A stretch of 64,000 nt of DNA from Octopus vulgaris (taxonomy: Eukaryota). The notes beneath the pieces were generated by a model, which ran no database searches, was not told the DNA's origin, and saw only the letters and a program-made list of their open reading frames with translations. Below, piece by piece: positions 25,990 to 38,994 of the stretch. Numbering within the stretch: position 1 is the stretch's first letter; each line of letters opens with the position of its first letter. A program made the position numbers and the translations under genes. Where the stretch lies: NCBI GenBank assembly GCA_951406725.2, contig OX597825.1, positions 22,816,001 through 22,880,000 of the forward strand, written 5' to 3'.

Positions 25990-26870
25990 CTATATGTGAC
26001 TGTTTAATCATGCCGTGTACAAAAATGCTTGGAATCCCGCTTTTTACAGTTCGTAGAGTTATTGTGCAATTCACCAGAGAGAAGAAGGAGTCCATATCAC
26101 GTCACCCAGATCAACCAGAGCCCTCACACTGGACCTTTCTCTTTGCTAAGAGAAGTGTGGAGGATAATCCTCGATGGAAGGCTTCTGAAGTAACAGAATA
26201 AGTTGTTGTTAATCCCAGAACAGCTGTCAGGTATCTCCACAAAGTTGGTTACTATGACAAAGCAGCAGGAAAAAAGCCACTTCTTCGACCAGCCAACATC
26301 AAGCAGATAAAAGACTGGGCCACTAGCATTTTGAGACACTGTCATATTCTCCGATGAGTCCAAATTTACGGTATTTCCTTTCAGTGGTCGAGTGTGGGTC
26401 TGACGTCTCTGTGATCATGTATTCGATGGGAAAATATTGCAGCCAACAATGAAATACAGCTGTGATGAACTGGGGGAGCAATTTGGAGCGATGGTTGAAC
26501 AGAGCTGGTGGAGTGTGATGGAATCATAAACTCAGATAAATATGTGCCCATATTGCAGAAAGGGCTTTTTTTATATTTATGGTACATGGTCTTCCTAGTC
26601 ACACGGCAAAGTGACCCAAGATTTGTTGGGTGAGAATGGCATTAAAAAACTTCCATAGCCAAGTCGGTCACCATATATGAAACCTATTGAACAATTCTAA
26701 GACAGAATGGACAGGACACTTCATAAAAAGAACAAGAAAGCACCTTCAAAGGCAGATCTTTTGAGACAACTGTGTGAAACCTGACAAGAAATTTCACAAG
26801 AGAATATTCGTCATCTGTTCAGTAATGCACTGAAAAATGCAAAGGGCATACCTACTAAATATAAAATATT
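25990..26870 (+). pseudogene. Tc1-like (DDE) transposase remnant
   Basis: Frameshifted motifs: KRSVEDNPR, PRTAVRYLHKVG, KKPLLRPANIK, VIFSDESKF, WGAIW, CDGIINSDKYV.ILQ, P*PSRSPYMKPIE (WPSxSPDLNPIE-like). Confidence 0.85.
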
Positions 26871-26959
26871 CACATTATAACAATTAATAAATAATTTAAA
26901 CGTAAAATTTCAGATTTAAGTAAATAGTAATGATTATAAGGGTGTCGATTTACTTCAGT

Positions 26960-27260
26960 CATGTCTGTGTATATGCATATGAGGCTGTGGCCATGAAGGG
27001 ACATGCCTTAAAAGGTTTTTGTGGAACAAATCGATCCCAAGCCTTTTTAAATTTAAGCCTAATACTTATTGTTTTGCCGACAACACCGGTTGTCAAGGGG
27101 AGGGGGTGACAAACACAGACGCAAACATAAACACATGGATACAACGGGTCCTCTTCGGTTTCCATCGACTAAATCCACACACAAGGTTTTGGTAGGCACG
27201 GAGCTATAGTAGGAGTCTTTCCCAAGTTACCACGCAGTGGGACTGAACCCGGAACCTGCG
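26960..27260 (-). mobile_element. SINE family B, degenerate
   Basis: Reverse-complement matches to the family B tail and head (CCACGCAGTGGGACTGAACCCGGAACC). Confidence 0.7.
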
Positions 27261-27267
27261 TCTGTAG

Positions 27268-27317
<50 letters not shown>

Positions 27318-27332
27318 CTCTATATATATATA

Positions 27333-27393
<61 letters not shown>

Positions 27394-27394
<1 letters not shown>

Positions 27395-27840
27395 TATGGT
27401 TACAGGACGTCACCAAGAGTAAACAACATGAAATATGAAAACAAATGAGTCCAATACGCAAACAACGAGACAAACAAATTGGAAACAGGACAAGTAACAC
27501 AAAGAACGACCCTGCATCAGTTATCGGCTGTTTATCTCCTCTTCATTTCAAGCCTTGAACGACAATTTGAGTCTTCGAAGAGAGTTGCTCCCATAAGTAC
27601 CAATGGAAAATTTGGGATTTATGGACGGTCAAGCCTGAGAACAAAAACAGGACAGTTGAGGCATACAAGGAAACCGAACAAAAACAAGCATGGAAAGTCG
27701 TTAGGCCAGAACGAGGGTAAAATAACGAACGCTCGAGAAATATTTTTTTTCACAAGAGAAAAAAAAATAGAAGAGAGATAGCATACGTCCACTCCTTAGG
27801 ACATTCCTGAAAAAAAGAAGGATGGACGATGGTCCTGCAT
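27394..27840 (-). mobile_element. Short element between (TA)n tracts, Penelope-like terminus
   Basis: Unique segment bounded by (TA)n on both sides; its terminus GTTACAGGACGTCAC resembles GAGTACAGGACACCAC at 37743; degenerate CTGATG on the minus strand. Confidence 0.4.
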
Positions 27841-27909
27841 ATATATATATTATTTATATTATCATTTGATTGAACGCCGCTCATCCATTTCCAAGTACAT
27901 ATATGATGA

Positions 27910-27959
<50 letters not shown>

Positions 27960-29015
27960 TGTATACATAAACATGTGTGTCTGTGCGTTCGTGTGTTTGT
28001 CTATGTGAGTGTCTCTGTGCATCTGTGTGTTTGTATGTGTGCCTGTGTCATTGTGTTTGAGTTTACCTCCACCCCCACCCCCCACATGACAACCGGTGTT
28101 GGTTTATGATCGGCGATAAAGCTCAATAGATTCGGTATCAAACTTTTAAAAAGTATATGATAAATAGTACATATAACTACATAGACATAAAAATATATTA
28201 CAGGAAATTAAAATTTCCGATCAACGCGGAAAACTATAGAATATCGAAATTGGCACTATCTGCAAACTAAGTATTTATTTTTATATATATCGTATATCAT
28301 TAAAGACATGACAGTACATTTTGATGCTACGCAAGTTGTAGAAATTTGTGTATTTCACACCATCTTTTTGTGTTTGGCATACATACCCAATTATATGATG
28401 ATCGTGTTAAAAACAGGCTGCAACTTGTTTCCTTAGAGAATATTTTCATCATTTAATAATCTCTATAAAAGAAACCGATATTAATTTCATTTTATAGCTC
28501 TTCACATTTCTATTTTTTATTCACTAAAAATGATAAATAAGCGAATTTTGGAATAAATATTCTGTGAAAAAAATCTGAAGAAAGTATATAAAATTTGTTA
28601 ACTGAGAAATTGTTTATACCACACATTTATGTAATTAGAGCCATTTATTAAATGTTTAAATGGTCGAAAGAAGTGAAGCATACTCGATTTAATAACTGTT
28701 ATATGCCTCGAACCAGTATGTTTATGGTTTTGGTTTTTATACCATGCTGCGAAGTTGATGAGGAACCGAGTATGAGAACTAGTGACACAATCAATTGCAG
28801 GTTATAGCTATCACGCGAGTCATATATTCGACATTACAAGTAATAATTCGGGACTTGAATAGATAAAAATTCACACATGTCTATATCCATACAAAAGCAC
28901 ACATACACATACAAATACATACATGCCTAGATATAATTCACACCCACCCATTTATATATGTGTGTGTGTGAGTGTGTCGGTGTATGTACATATAAAATCT
29001 TGCATACAGAGAAGC

Positions 29016-29125
29016 TACACACACATGCACGCATATACTCACACATATACACACACATGCACGCATATACTCACACATATATACACACATGCACGCATAT
29101 ACTCACACATATACACACACATGTA
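29016..29125. repeat. About 30-bp minisatellite ACACACATGCACGCATATACTCACACATAT x3
   Basis: Directly visible. Confidence 0.85.
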
Positions 29126-29130
29126 TATAT

Positions 29131-29424
29131 GTTGTTCCTTCTCGACCCATGCCTGGCTCATAAGGGCCGGATTTCCCGGTTTCATTGGCGTATAGGTTCC
29201 CCACCTGGACGGGACGCCGGTCCATCGCAGGTTAGCTGCAAGATGCAGGAGGAAAGAGTGAGAGAAAGTTGTGGCGAAAGAGTCAGCAGAAGTTCGCCAT
29301 TACCTTCTGCCGGAGCCGCGTGGAGCTTAGGTGTTTCGCTCATAAACACACACACCGCTCGGTCTGAAATTCGAACCTGCGATCCCTCAACCGCCTGTCT
29401 AACCACTAGGCCATGTGCCTCCAC
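29131..29424 (-). mobile_element. SINE family A, tail type 3
   Basis: Family A head; tail CCTGCGATGGACCGGCGTCCCGTCCAGG..GAAACCGGGAAA; 12-bp TSD ACATGTATATAT at 29119-29130 and 29425-29436. Confidence 0.88.
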
Positions 29425-29569
29425 ACATGTATATATACATTATATCGACACAGCTTGGTGTGACCTCAAAAAACTGATATTTGTCAGTTGACATCATTTT
29501 ACCGTAGACGGCGCAACAAACTATGACCTTTTATATGCATGTTCAAAACGTTTTCCGTTAGTCACAAGC

Positions 29570-30250
29570 AGTGAAAGACTTGGGCACAGTATGTGCAATG
29601 ATGCATCATCCATGTCATATGCACATTACGACGATTGCAGCAAAAAGAAGACAACTGCCTAGATGGATACTAAGATCCTTCAAGGCATGAGACCAACAAA
29701 CTATGTTGACCCTGTTCTCAGCCACCTGGTCTACTTTTCCTAGTTAAGGTCACCACATGGTGCCAACGTGACAGCGGAGCATGAAGCAGTCCAACAGTAC
29801 TACACTGAAAAGATTGAAACAGTTCAGCGAATGAGCTACAGGGAGGGGCTGAAAAAAACGAAACTTTACTCCCTGGTGGGAAGGCGCGACAGATTTGTAA
29901 TAATCTACATATGGATAACTTTAGAAGGGAGAGTAATTAATTTTGGCATTGAGTGTAATACTAATATCAGAACTGGACACCATTTTATCGTACCAAAGGT
30001 ATCAAATGTAATACAATAGAGTTCAAAAGCAGACAGCTCTTGAATACCCTGACCCCAAAATTAAGAAATCTGCATAAAGTGGAAGTATATATCTTCAAAG
30101 ACAAAGTAGACATCGTCCTCTCCACAATACCGGATGAACCATGGCATCGGAATTGAACTCGCTTATACACCAAATGGGCCAACAGCTGGGACAAAAGTAC
30201 ATAAAGGAGTGGTGATGTGAAGCAGCCCAGACTGAGGAAATCAGTAAAAA
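29570..30250 (+). pseudogene. CR1/L2-group LINE ORF2 C-terminal remnant
   Basis: WILRSF..., EAVQQYYTEKI..MSYREGLKKTKLYSL.GRRDRFVIIYIW..LEG matches the EAVQR..Y.ERL..L.LYSLE.RR motif of CR1-group LINEs. Confidence 0.75.
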
Positions 30251-30790
30251 AGGAGGTATCTTTTCAAAGACAAGCTCAAAGAATGTAATTGGATGATTGT
30301 TATCAACACCCTTAACGCCAATAGATCTTATGTAAATTTTTTAACTAAATACGAAAGTTTTTATAATAAAAAATTGGTGAAAAAAACTCTATTTTGAAAA
30401 AGTGGATATCAGCAGGAAATTGGTGTAGTTCTAAGCGAAAACAAAAGTTGTATTTGAAACATATAAAAAAAATAAAACTCCTGAAAATGTTTGAAGGTAA
30501 AAAAAATATGCAAAAAATGTTAAGGCATTAAAAAAGAAAGATGAAAATCGAACTAAATTCAAAAACAGAAATTAAATGTTAAAATTATGTTGTTGGTCAT
30601 AAACACAATAATTTCTAAAAACACACTTGTTAATAATTATCCGAATTGAATAATAATAAATGGCGAAAATTTGTATAACAAGGTGATAGCTGAGGAATTC
30701 AATACATTTTGTACCCAGTGTTGGTCCAAATCTCGCGTCAATAAAAATTTCCATGAGTTTTTAAAGCAGACCTACGATGTATTCAAAATT
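30250..30790 (+). pseudogene. Possible second LINE remnant (Crack/L2-like linker region upstream of RT)
   Basis: Degenerate frames with KWIS.G..SSKRKQKLY.K and IAEEFN.FC..VGPNLA-like peptides. Confidence 0.45.
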
Positions 30791-30915
30791 AACGGATGAG
30801 GAATAGAAGATCGCAGTTACTCGTCTGACGACGAAGAAAGCGCCTCTTTATATGATTCCTTGAACTTAAAGGTTGTACATACATACATACATACATACAT
30901 ACATACATACATACA

Positions 30916-30998
<83 letters not shown>

Positions 30999-31303
30999 GT
31001 GGAGGCGCAATGGCCCAGTGGTTAGGGCCGCGGACTCGCGGTCGCAGGATCGCGGTTTCGATTCCCAGACCGGGCGTTGTGAGTGTTTATCGATCGAAAA
31101 CACCTAAAAGCTCCACGAGGCTCCGGCAGGGGTTGGCGATCCCTGCTGTACTCTTTCACCACTATTTCTCCCACTCCTTCTTCTGTTGGCCTGCTCGCTT
31201 AGCCAGCGGGGTGGCGTCATTCGAAGGCTAAAACAATGCGAACGCATTGTGACCAGCGATGTGTAACAACATCTGATGGTCTGGTCGGTCACGTGATCAC
31301 GTG

Positions 31304-31305
<2 letters not shown>
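30999..31305 (+). mobile_element. SINE family A, tail type 4, inserted in (TA)n
   Basis: Family A head; distinct tail TTAGCCAGCGGGGTGGCGTCATTCGAAGGC...GGTCACGTGATCACGTGA. Confidence 0.88.
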
Positions 31306-31336
<31 letters not shown>

Positions 31337-31337
<1 letters not shown>

Positions 31338-31538
31338 CTCGCCATGTTGATTCGCTAGCTTCTGCACGCATTTTTTTTCTCCCCTTGTTTCTCTCCGTGT
31401 ATCTTTCTGTTGAAGAGCGTAGGCTCGAAACGTAAAAGACTTCTTTTATTTATATTCCTGAGCGCCAAACTAATACAATTGTTTGTTTGTATTCCACCTG
31501 CCTTTGTCTTTTGTTTATTTTCATAAATCTTCCCGTTA
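31337..31538 (+). mobile_element. Short HHR-bearing element between (TA)n tracts (H1-related)
   Basis: Bounded by (TA)n on both sides; shares GAAGAGC..GCTCGAAACGT..TTCCTGAGCG with family H1. Confidence 0.65.
31402..31439 (+). ncRNA. Minimal hammerhead motif (A6U variant)
   Basis: TCTTT-CTGTTGA-A-GAGC(GTAG)GCTC-GAAA-CGTA|AAAGA; perfect 5-bp stem I, GUA site, core CUGUUGA. Confidence 0.55.
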
Positions 31539-31544
31539 TATATA

Positions 31545-31600
<56 letters not shown>

Positions 31601-32165
31601 ACTATATATATATATATATATATATTTATACGGCGGGCTTCTTTTTTTTCAGTTTTTGTCTACCAAATCCGAGGCTAAAATAAACGTCACTTGTCCAAGG
31701 TGACACGCGGTGGGACTGAACCCGGAACTAAGAGGTTGGGAGGCAATCTTTTCACCAAAGAATATCAGATAAATGTGGCGCTCTTTGTAGTCACTTTTCC
31801 CATTCGTGAATCCTCTGAGAATAGATGAGGCCAGAATCAATACCACAACAGGGTTTAATTAATCTGTAATGTAGGTACACGAGCGACAATATAGCTTGTG
31901 GCCTAGTGAGAACAATAATCAATAGAAATCAATTTCAATTTATCATTGCTTTTTAAGTGGCTTCTCACAATTCAGATTCCGAACCAAATGAGGAAGTGGA
32001 TAATATAATGTATTCAACCACGTGACATAGAGTCGAGAGTTGAAGTGTTTAATACACCATTGTCAATACCTGGCACGATTTATGAAATACCTTCTCAGCA
32101 AATGTTGCTTCTGAAGGTAGCATTACTTGCAAGGAACTAGTTTGTTTTACTGCCTACCAGCCTAA

Positions 32166-32360
<195 letters not shown>

Positions 32361-32629
32361 TACGTATATACATATACATATGTCGACGTAAGCTTAAATA
32401 ATAAACCGCAATAGGTAAAACCACGATATGGTGAGGGATTATTGTATGTACGTCTTATTTTTCATCTTTTTCTTATTTATTTCTGTCCTCGGAAAACAGC
32501 TACGCTGGAATGTGGCGGTGTAGGGTTCACTCGAGCAAATTGCCTCCAGTATTTGTTTTTAATGCTACTATGTATTGTGTCTGTAACTGCAAAGTTACGG
32601 AGAGGTAAATAAACGAACACCAGCTGTCA

Positions 32630-32771
32630 AGTTTCTCCTATGTTTCCGACGAAGAGCTCCGCTCGAAACGTTAGACTCTCTTTCTTTCCTTCTTTCCTGA
32701 GCGTCCAATAATACTATATTTGTTCCACGTCCTCACGTTGTTGTGTTTTTTTTGTGCTTTCATGTTTGGAT

Positions 32772-32776
<5 letters not shown>
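32630..32776 (+). mobile_element. Short HHR-bearing element family H1 (HHR motif 32642-32676), nested in a family B SINE remnant
   Basis: GTTT-CCGACGA-A-GAGC(TCC)GCTC-GAAA-CGTT|AGAC; ends TGGATTAAC(TA)n. Confidence 0.7.
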
Positions 32777-32828
<52 letters not shown>

Positions 32829-32830
<2 letters not shown>

Positions 32831-32996
32831 GATCGACTTCTTTACAGTTTCCTTCTAACAAGTTAACCCACAAATTAACTGGATCGGGGTTATAGAAGAA
32901 ACTTGCCTAAGCTGCCGCGCAGTGGGACTGAACCCAAGACCACATGGTTACAAAACGAGCTTCTTGCCCACACAAGCATACCTATGCCTCTACGTA
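32829..32996 (-). mobile_element. SINE family B 5' half, degenerate (inverted twin at 35040-35207)
   Basis: Family B head with many private changes. Confidence 0.8.
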
Positions 32997-33089
32997 AGCT
33001 TGTTTGTATTCAAATGCATCTACTAACGAAGAAGAGAGATAAACAGGACTGAGTCCTTGCACTGGATAATTGTAATATTCGTGTATGAT

Positions 33090-33435
33090 TCTTCTGTCTT
33101 TACACTCTGAGTTCAAATTCCGCCGAGGTCGACCTTGCCTTTCATCCTTTCGTGGTCGATAAATTAAGTACCAGTTGTTTATTGGGGGTCGATCGAATCA
33201 ACTGTCTCTCAACCCGCAAATTTTTTCGGGTCTTGTGCCTAGTGTAGAAAAGAATATTCTTGTATGAGTATTTCGTCTGTCTTTACTTTCTGAGTTCAAA
33301 TTCTGCCGACGTCGACTTTGCCTTTCATCCTTTCGTGGTCGATAAATTAAGCACCAATTGCGTATTGGGATCGATCTAATCGACTGGCCCTCTCGCCGCT
33401 AAAAATTCGGGCCTTGTGCCTAGAGTTGAAAAGAA
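33090..33435 (+). mobile_element. Two tandem 5'-truncated SINE family C copies
   Basis: TCTGTCTTTAC..TCTGAGTTCAAATTC.GCCGA.GTCGAC.TTGCCTTTCATCCTTTCGTGGTCGATAAATTAAG..TTGTGCCTAG..AAAAGAATATT occurs twice. Confidence 0.85.
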
Positions 33436-34312
33436 TATTTGTGTACGATGCTCACTCACTGGTTCAGTATATATATCGATATTTCCTTGATATATTTGAT
33501 CGTAAGTCTCAGCGGAACGTTCAGTCATTACATTATAACTCAATAGAAAATAAACCGCAGAGTTCTTTCGTTTCATTGGAAATTCCAAGAATGATGATAT
33601 AGAGAATTAGAAAGAGTTGAATAGTTAGCAGATCTCTATCGCAAACAACCATCCACTTAGTACAAACAACACACGGAACGTGTACTCAATTGAATATACA
33701 TATTCAATACGTAAACGACATCACATTCTTGAAAACTGGTCAATAGGTTTTTTCAATTATTTTTAATTATTTTCTGCAAATTCATGTTATCTGTGAAGTA
33801 CAGAATTTGTGAAACATTTGTTTTTGATTGCTATCACACTTCATTTACATATTCTTTTCGCGAAATGCAATCGATATGAGACTAATACTTGGAAATAACA
33901 TATATCTTCAAAAAACATCCGAATGATTACAATTCAACCATTGTAATTTTCAATAGTATGAGTCATAGTTACTGACTAAATACTAACGGAGTACATATAC
34001 ACATATGTGCATAAACACATACGCATAGATGGATAAACTCGCACAAACATGTACACAAGCCCAGACACAAAAATTCATAGGCATTTCGATGTTTTCGTTT
34101 GATCTAAAGAATTTTCAAATGAATCATCATTATATTTTATTTCTTAGAGCAATTTCCAAGTAAAGAAAATTAGTTTCCATCTAAAATAAACACTATTCAA
34201 AATAGATATCTCTATCGATTACATATTTATGAATATGCACATGGTTTTCTCTTTCCTTTTTATTGTCTGCCTGCCTCTTTCTCTCTCTCTCTATCTCACA
34301 CACACACACAGA

Positions 34313-34382
<70 letters not shown>

Positions 34383-34389
34383 ATAGTAT

Positions 34390-34612
34390 ACTCTTTTACT
34401 CTTTTACTTGCTTCAGTCATTTTACTGCGGCCATGCTGGAGCACGGCCTTTAGTCGAAAGCAAATCGACCTCATGACTTATTCTTTGGAAGCCTAGTACT
34501 TATTCTATCGGTCTCTTTTGCCGAACTGCTAAGTTACGGTGACGTAAACACACCACCATCGATTGTCAAGCGATGTTGGGGGACAAACACAGACACAGAC
34601 ACATACACACAT

Positions 34613-34647
<35 letters not shown>

Positions 34648-34812
34648 CATATATACGACAGGCTTCTTTCAGTTTCCGCCTACTAAATACACTCACAAGG
34701 CTCTGGTCAGCCCGAGGCTATAGTAGAAGACACTTGCCCAAGGTGCCACGCAGTGGGAGTGAACCTGGAACTATATGCTTGGTAAGCAAGCTTCTTACCA
34801 CACAGCCGCTCC
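34390..34812 (-). mobile_element. SINE family B, full length
   Basis: Complete head, internal (CA)/(TA)n and tail (CTCTTTTACT)x2. Confidence 0.9.
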
Positions 34813-34903
34813 GAATATATATTATGAATATGTATTATGTATATATTGATATAATTTATATATAAATGTATATCTATTACATATACAAATTTATAAGTGT
34901 ATG

Positions 34904-34974
<71 letters not shown>

Positions 34975-34994
34975 ATACATATATACATACACAC

Positions 34995-35039
<45 letters not shown>

Positions 35040-35042
<3 letters not shown>

Positions 35043-35205
35043 GTAGAGGCGTAGGCATGCTTGTGTGGGCAAGAAGCTCGTTTTGTAACCATTTGATCTT
35101 GAGTTCAGTCCCACTGCGCGGCAGCATAGGCAAGTTTCTTCTATAACCCCGATCCAGTTAATTTGTGGGTTAACTTGTTAGAAGGAAACTGTAAAGAAGT
35201 CGATC

Positions 35206-35207
<2 letters not shown>
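35040..35207 (+). mobile_element. SINE family B 5' half, inverted duplicate of 32829-32996
   Basis: Reverse complement is nearly identical to 32829-32996; flanked by (TA)n on both sides. Confidence 0.85.
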
Positions 35208-35257
<50 letters not shown>

Positions 35258-35515
35258 TTTATAGAGAGAGAAAGAGAGACAAATATGCACGCACATACAC
35301 GAATATATGTGTGTAATTTGTAAAATGATAGTTAAAAATGAATCCAACCTGAACTAAAAACGTACTTAGTACAATGAAATAGAGTTTCTAAATTTATATT
35401 TACGGAAATGACTGTACAACTGTAACCGCTGAGTTCCATAGGTTATCAACTTTGACAAGCTGACGAAGCCAATCACTGCTGAATATTTTCTCAACTACCA
35501 TATATATGTATATTC

Positions 35516-35546
<31 letters not shown>

Positions 35547-35554
35547 TGTATGTA

Positions 35555-36705
35555 TGTCATTATTCAGTCTTATTTCAAGATTTCCTGTCAATACAGAAAC
35601 GGTTTCTAATATAGATCCATGCCTCTTTCATTGGAATTTCAACATCATCGGGGTATATTTGTATGTCTCTTCTATTTTTCAATTATTATGAATCTTCTAC
35701 TGAGGAGGGAGCCCTGTTTCCAACAAAGATACATGGTCCCATTGGGATGTAGTTAACATAGACAAATTCACATTTAGAACTTGAGAAATGACTTGCATGT
35801 TTTTATTTTCCGCTCACAGATTGCACTTGTAATGTACGAATTAGTCGATCGATTTCTCTTTCTGAAAATCTCCTTTAAGCATTTACTAACAAATATTCAT
35901 ATATATATGTATGTATGTATATATGTATTTATATATGTACGTATGTATGTAAGTATGATGCATATGTGCAGATTTGTACGTTTTATGCATGTATTTTCGT
36001 GCATATAGTTGCATGTCTAGACTTGTTCATATATACATAAATGATATACTTCTGGAAAGTTTTACAGATTTTTACAGTTCCGGTGATGGTTTTCTATCTA
36101 TAATCATCGAATCCGCTTTCTCTTTTCTGGTTTTGAGAAGTCTAAATTCTGAAGATTGGTATTTAGGTTGTGTGTTACATATCCCTGTGCCCCAATAATT
36201 ACAGGCACAAATCTGAACGTGTGATCTGGAAAGAGTAGCAGTAGATTCCTCAATAGTTCAGTGTAGGTATTTCCTTTTTCGCTTATCGTTCGTATTATGT
36301 TAACATCTGCAGGGCAGCTGATTTCAACAACAGCACACAGTTTCTCTTCTGATTTATCCTGACTAAACACCAAACCTATATCCTTTAAGAATGTTGTAAC
36401 CAAGTCAAAGCTATTTTTCATCTCATGTATGTTCTTTGCAAATAGTTTCAAATCATCGACAAAGGAACAGTATGTATGTATGTATGTATGTCTTTTCTAT
36501 TTTTTAAAATGATTATAAATCTTCCACTGTGGAGGCACTCGTCTTACAACAAAGATACAGGGCTCCATCTTTGGGATGTATTTAACACAAACAAATTCAC
36601 ATCTGGAACTTGAGAAAAGTCTTGTACATTTTTACTGTTCCACTCACAGATTGCATTTGTAATGCACGAATTACCCGGTCGATTTCTCTTTCTAAAAATC
36701 CCAGT
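35555..36705 (-). mobile_element. Cluster of LINE 3' fragments associated with (CATA)n, including an RLE-domain remnant at about 36040-36380
   Basis: ORF 36104-36451: KLCAVVEISCP..EKGNTYTEL..FVPVIIGAQG, continuing ITGTVKICKTF (RLE C-terminus of R2/R4/NeSL-type LINEs); 35690-35875 and 36515-36700 are diverged duplicates. Confidence 0.65.
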
Positions 36706-36845
36706 TTATGTGTATATGTATGTATGTCTTTTTAGGTATATATATATATATATATATTTATAAACACATACATATACACACAATATTTAGGGCAAATTAA
36801 CATTAATAAACACACAAATTGAACACACGCACAGTTGATATCAAA

Positions 36846-37062
36846 TAGTTAGTTAGTTAATTTTTTGGCTCAAAAAGCAAAAAGCAAGGCCATGTAGGGG
36901 GACATGGAGTTATGTACAGGGTGGTGTTCATCTAAAGAGTTCGGGCCACTTGAGGTCAAGGGAGACTTTGAACCGAGCGGTCGTCGGCATCTTCACCATC
37001 TTGTCTGGCAGCTTATTCCACGGATCCGCAACCCGGACGGAGAAAGCCCCTCTCCTTCGATA
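36846..37062 (-). mobile_element. CR1-type LINE 3' end with (AACT)n tail
   Basis: Minus-strand translation RRRGAFSVRVADPWNKLP..MVKMPTTARFKVSLDLKW (FS.RV..WN.LP motif), short UTR, then tandem AACT. Confidence 0.8.
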
Positions 37063-37649
37063 GGTTATACATTCGTTATATCTCTGCTTGTATTACCTTT
37101 TTCTATAAAATTATATAAGGTTTCACACTTAAAGGGTTAAAGTTAACGCTTACAGACAATTCTGTAATGACTACATAAATCGTAATGAGAATAATTTTCC
37201 TTTATTTTGTGTTGTTGACTTCTGCGCAACAAAATTAAATTAAACTATCAGAAATGAAATAATTAAACTGATGTTATTTGAAGCTCGAAAGCCAATTACT
37301 TATAATTAGATTACGGGATCCTTCGCCTAAAAAGTCAAGTATTATTCGGAAATTAAAATAGATATCGCAGTCTTTGCAGACGAAGAAGTTACAGTGAATA
37401 GGAATGAAGTGGAGAGAAGCGTATTTGTGAAAAGAAAACACCATATGGTACGTGGGTGAATATATATTGAACCCTTATTGGGGCAATAGGTCATGTGATG
37501 ATATTTACCTCGATATCTTTCTCTATTTCTTACTTTCTTTCTTTCTCTCTCTTTATATATATATATATAAGAATTAAAATGGAGGACAAGAGATGGAACG
37601 AACCGACGAATCGAAAACGAACCCGACGCGTGGCGATGTCAGATAATAA

Positions 37650-38020
37650 TGTAATTATTAAAATATATGCATACATACAAACATATATGTACGTACCTAC
37701 ATCTACATGTATATATACATGCATATATAAATAAATATAAGTGAGTACAGGACACCACAACAGGACGTAGAAATGGGAAAAACATAAAATTATAACAAGA
37801 AAATAAAGAAAAGTCCCCGGTCATCAGCTGTCGATAGTTAGACTCAAGCGTGACCGGGGACTTTTCCTTATACTCTTGTTATAATTTTATGTTTTTCCCG
37901 TTTCTACGTCCTGTTGTGGTGTCCTGTACTCACGTATATTTATTTATATATGCATGTATATATACATGTAGATATAGGTACGTACATATATGTTTGTATG
38001 TATGCATATATTTTAATTAT

Positions 38021-38022
<2 letters not shown>
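37650..38022. repeat. Long inverted repeat, arms about 170 bp, spacer about 27 nt
   Basis: 37650-37822 (..AGTACAGGACACCACAACAGGACGTAGAAA..AAAAGTCCCCGGTCA) is the reverse complement of 37850-38022; the ORF track gives near-identical peptides on opposite strands. Confidence 0.92.
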
Positions 38023-38060
<38 letters not shown>

Positions 38061-38214
38061 GTACGATTATATTTGAGGACGGATTTATGATTTAAGAAAT
38101 AAACGCTTATATAATAACAGGATAAATATGGATTTTTATTAAAAAAATAAAATAAACCTAAACGGGTTCAGTCCCACTGCTTGGCACCTTGGGCAAGTGT
38201 CTTCTACTATAGCC

Positions 38215-38625
38215 TCTAGGCTGGGTGGAAATCGTTTACAAACTCGGATTAAGTGGTCCTTGTTCATATCGGACGTGACTCGAACTATGACGCCTTTCAA
38301 AGAATCGTTGGTGCTACGGGAGTGTTCGTTGAAGTTTTTCTCAACGATGCTCCATACATAGTAGTCCAGTGGATTGGTATCTGGAGAATCAGGAGGGAAT
38401 ATGCTGTGGGTGATGTGATTATTCAAATTAACGGCCAAACATTCTTGTGTCATTTGATCCTTGTGTAATGGTGCAGAATCTTGTTGAAAGACATAAGGCC
38501 TTCCATTGCATACGACTTCATCCAGAAACTCAATATACGCAGCAGCAGTCGCCTTGAGGCCTTGTGGTTAGGAGGCATGACATGTCCTTCATTTCTAATA
38601 ACACCCAAAACCACGACACTTGCAG
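38215..38625 (-). pseudogene. Tc1/mariner-superfamily (maT/DD37D-like) transposase C-terminal remnant
   Basis: SVVVLGVI..EGHVMPP, FQQDSAP.H, TQECL, FPPDSPDTNPLDYYVWSIVE, SLKG.I, C.RF...LEAIV. Confidence 0.85.
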
Positions 38626-38715
38626 TATAGATACATATATATGTACGTATGTTCATATATGTATGTATATATGCATATATACACACATATATATATATAT
38701 ATATATATATTATTT

Positions 38716-38716
<1 letters not shown>

Positions 38717-38781
<65 letters not shown>

Positions 38782-38790
38782 GGATAGATA
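38717..38790. repeat. (GATA)n microsatellite
   Basis: Directly visible. Confidence 0.95.
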
Positions 38791-38994
38791 GGTAGGTATA
38801 TACATGCGTATAATAGGGATGACCACTAAGTGGATAATCAATATGCTAGAAGAAGATCACCTGCGATCTAACTACAAAGAAAAGAATGTTCTCTAGAGAA
38901 ATTCAGCAAACACCAGATCATAAGTGGGTAAGATAGATGAAAATATACAAAATACAGAATTAATTTTTTTTAAAAGTCCAATATTAGTCCATCT

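Noticed and set aside
35460-35495. CTGACGA-AGC..GCT-GAAT as a hammerhead
   Set aside because: GAAA core is broken and stems I and III are unconvincing.
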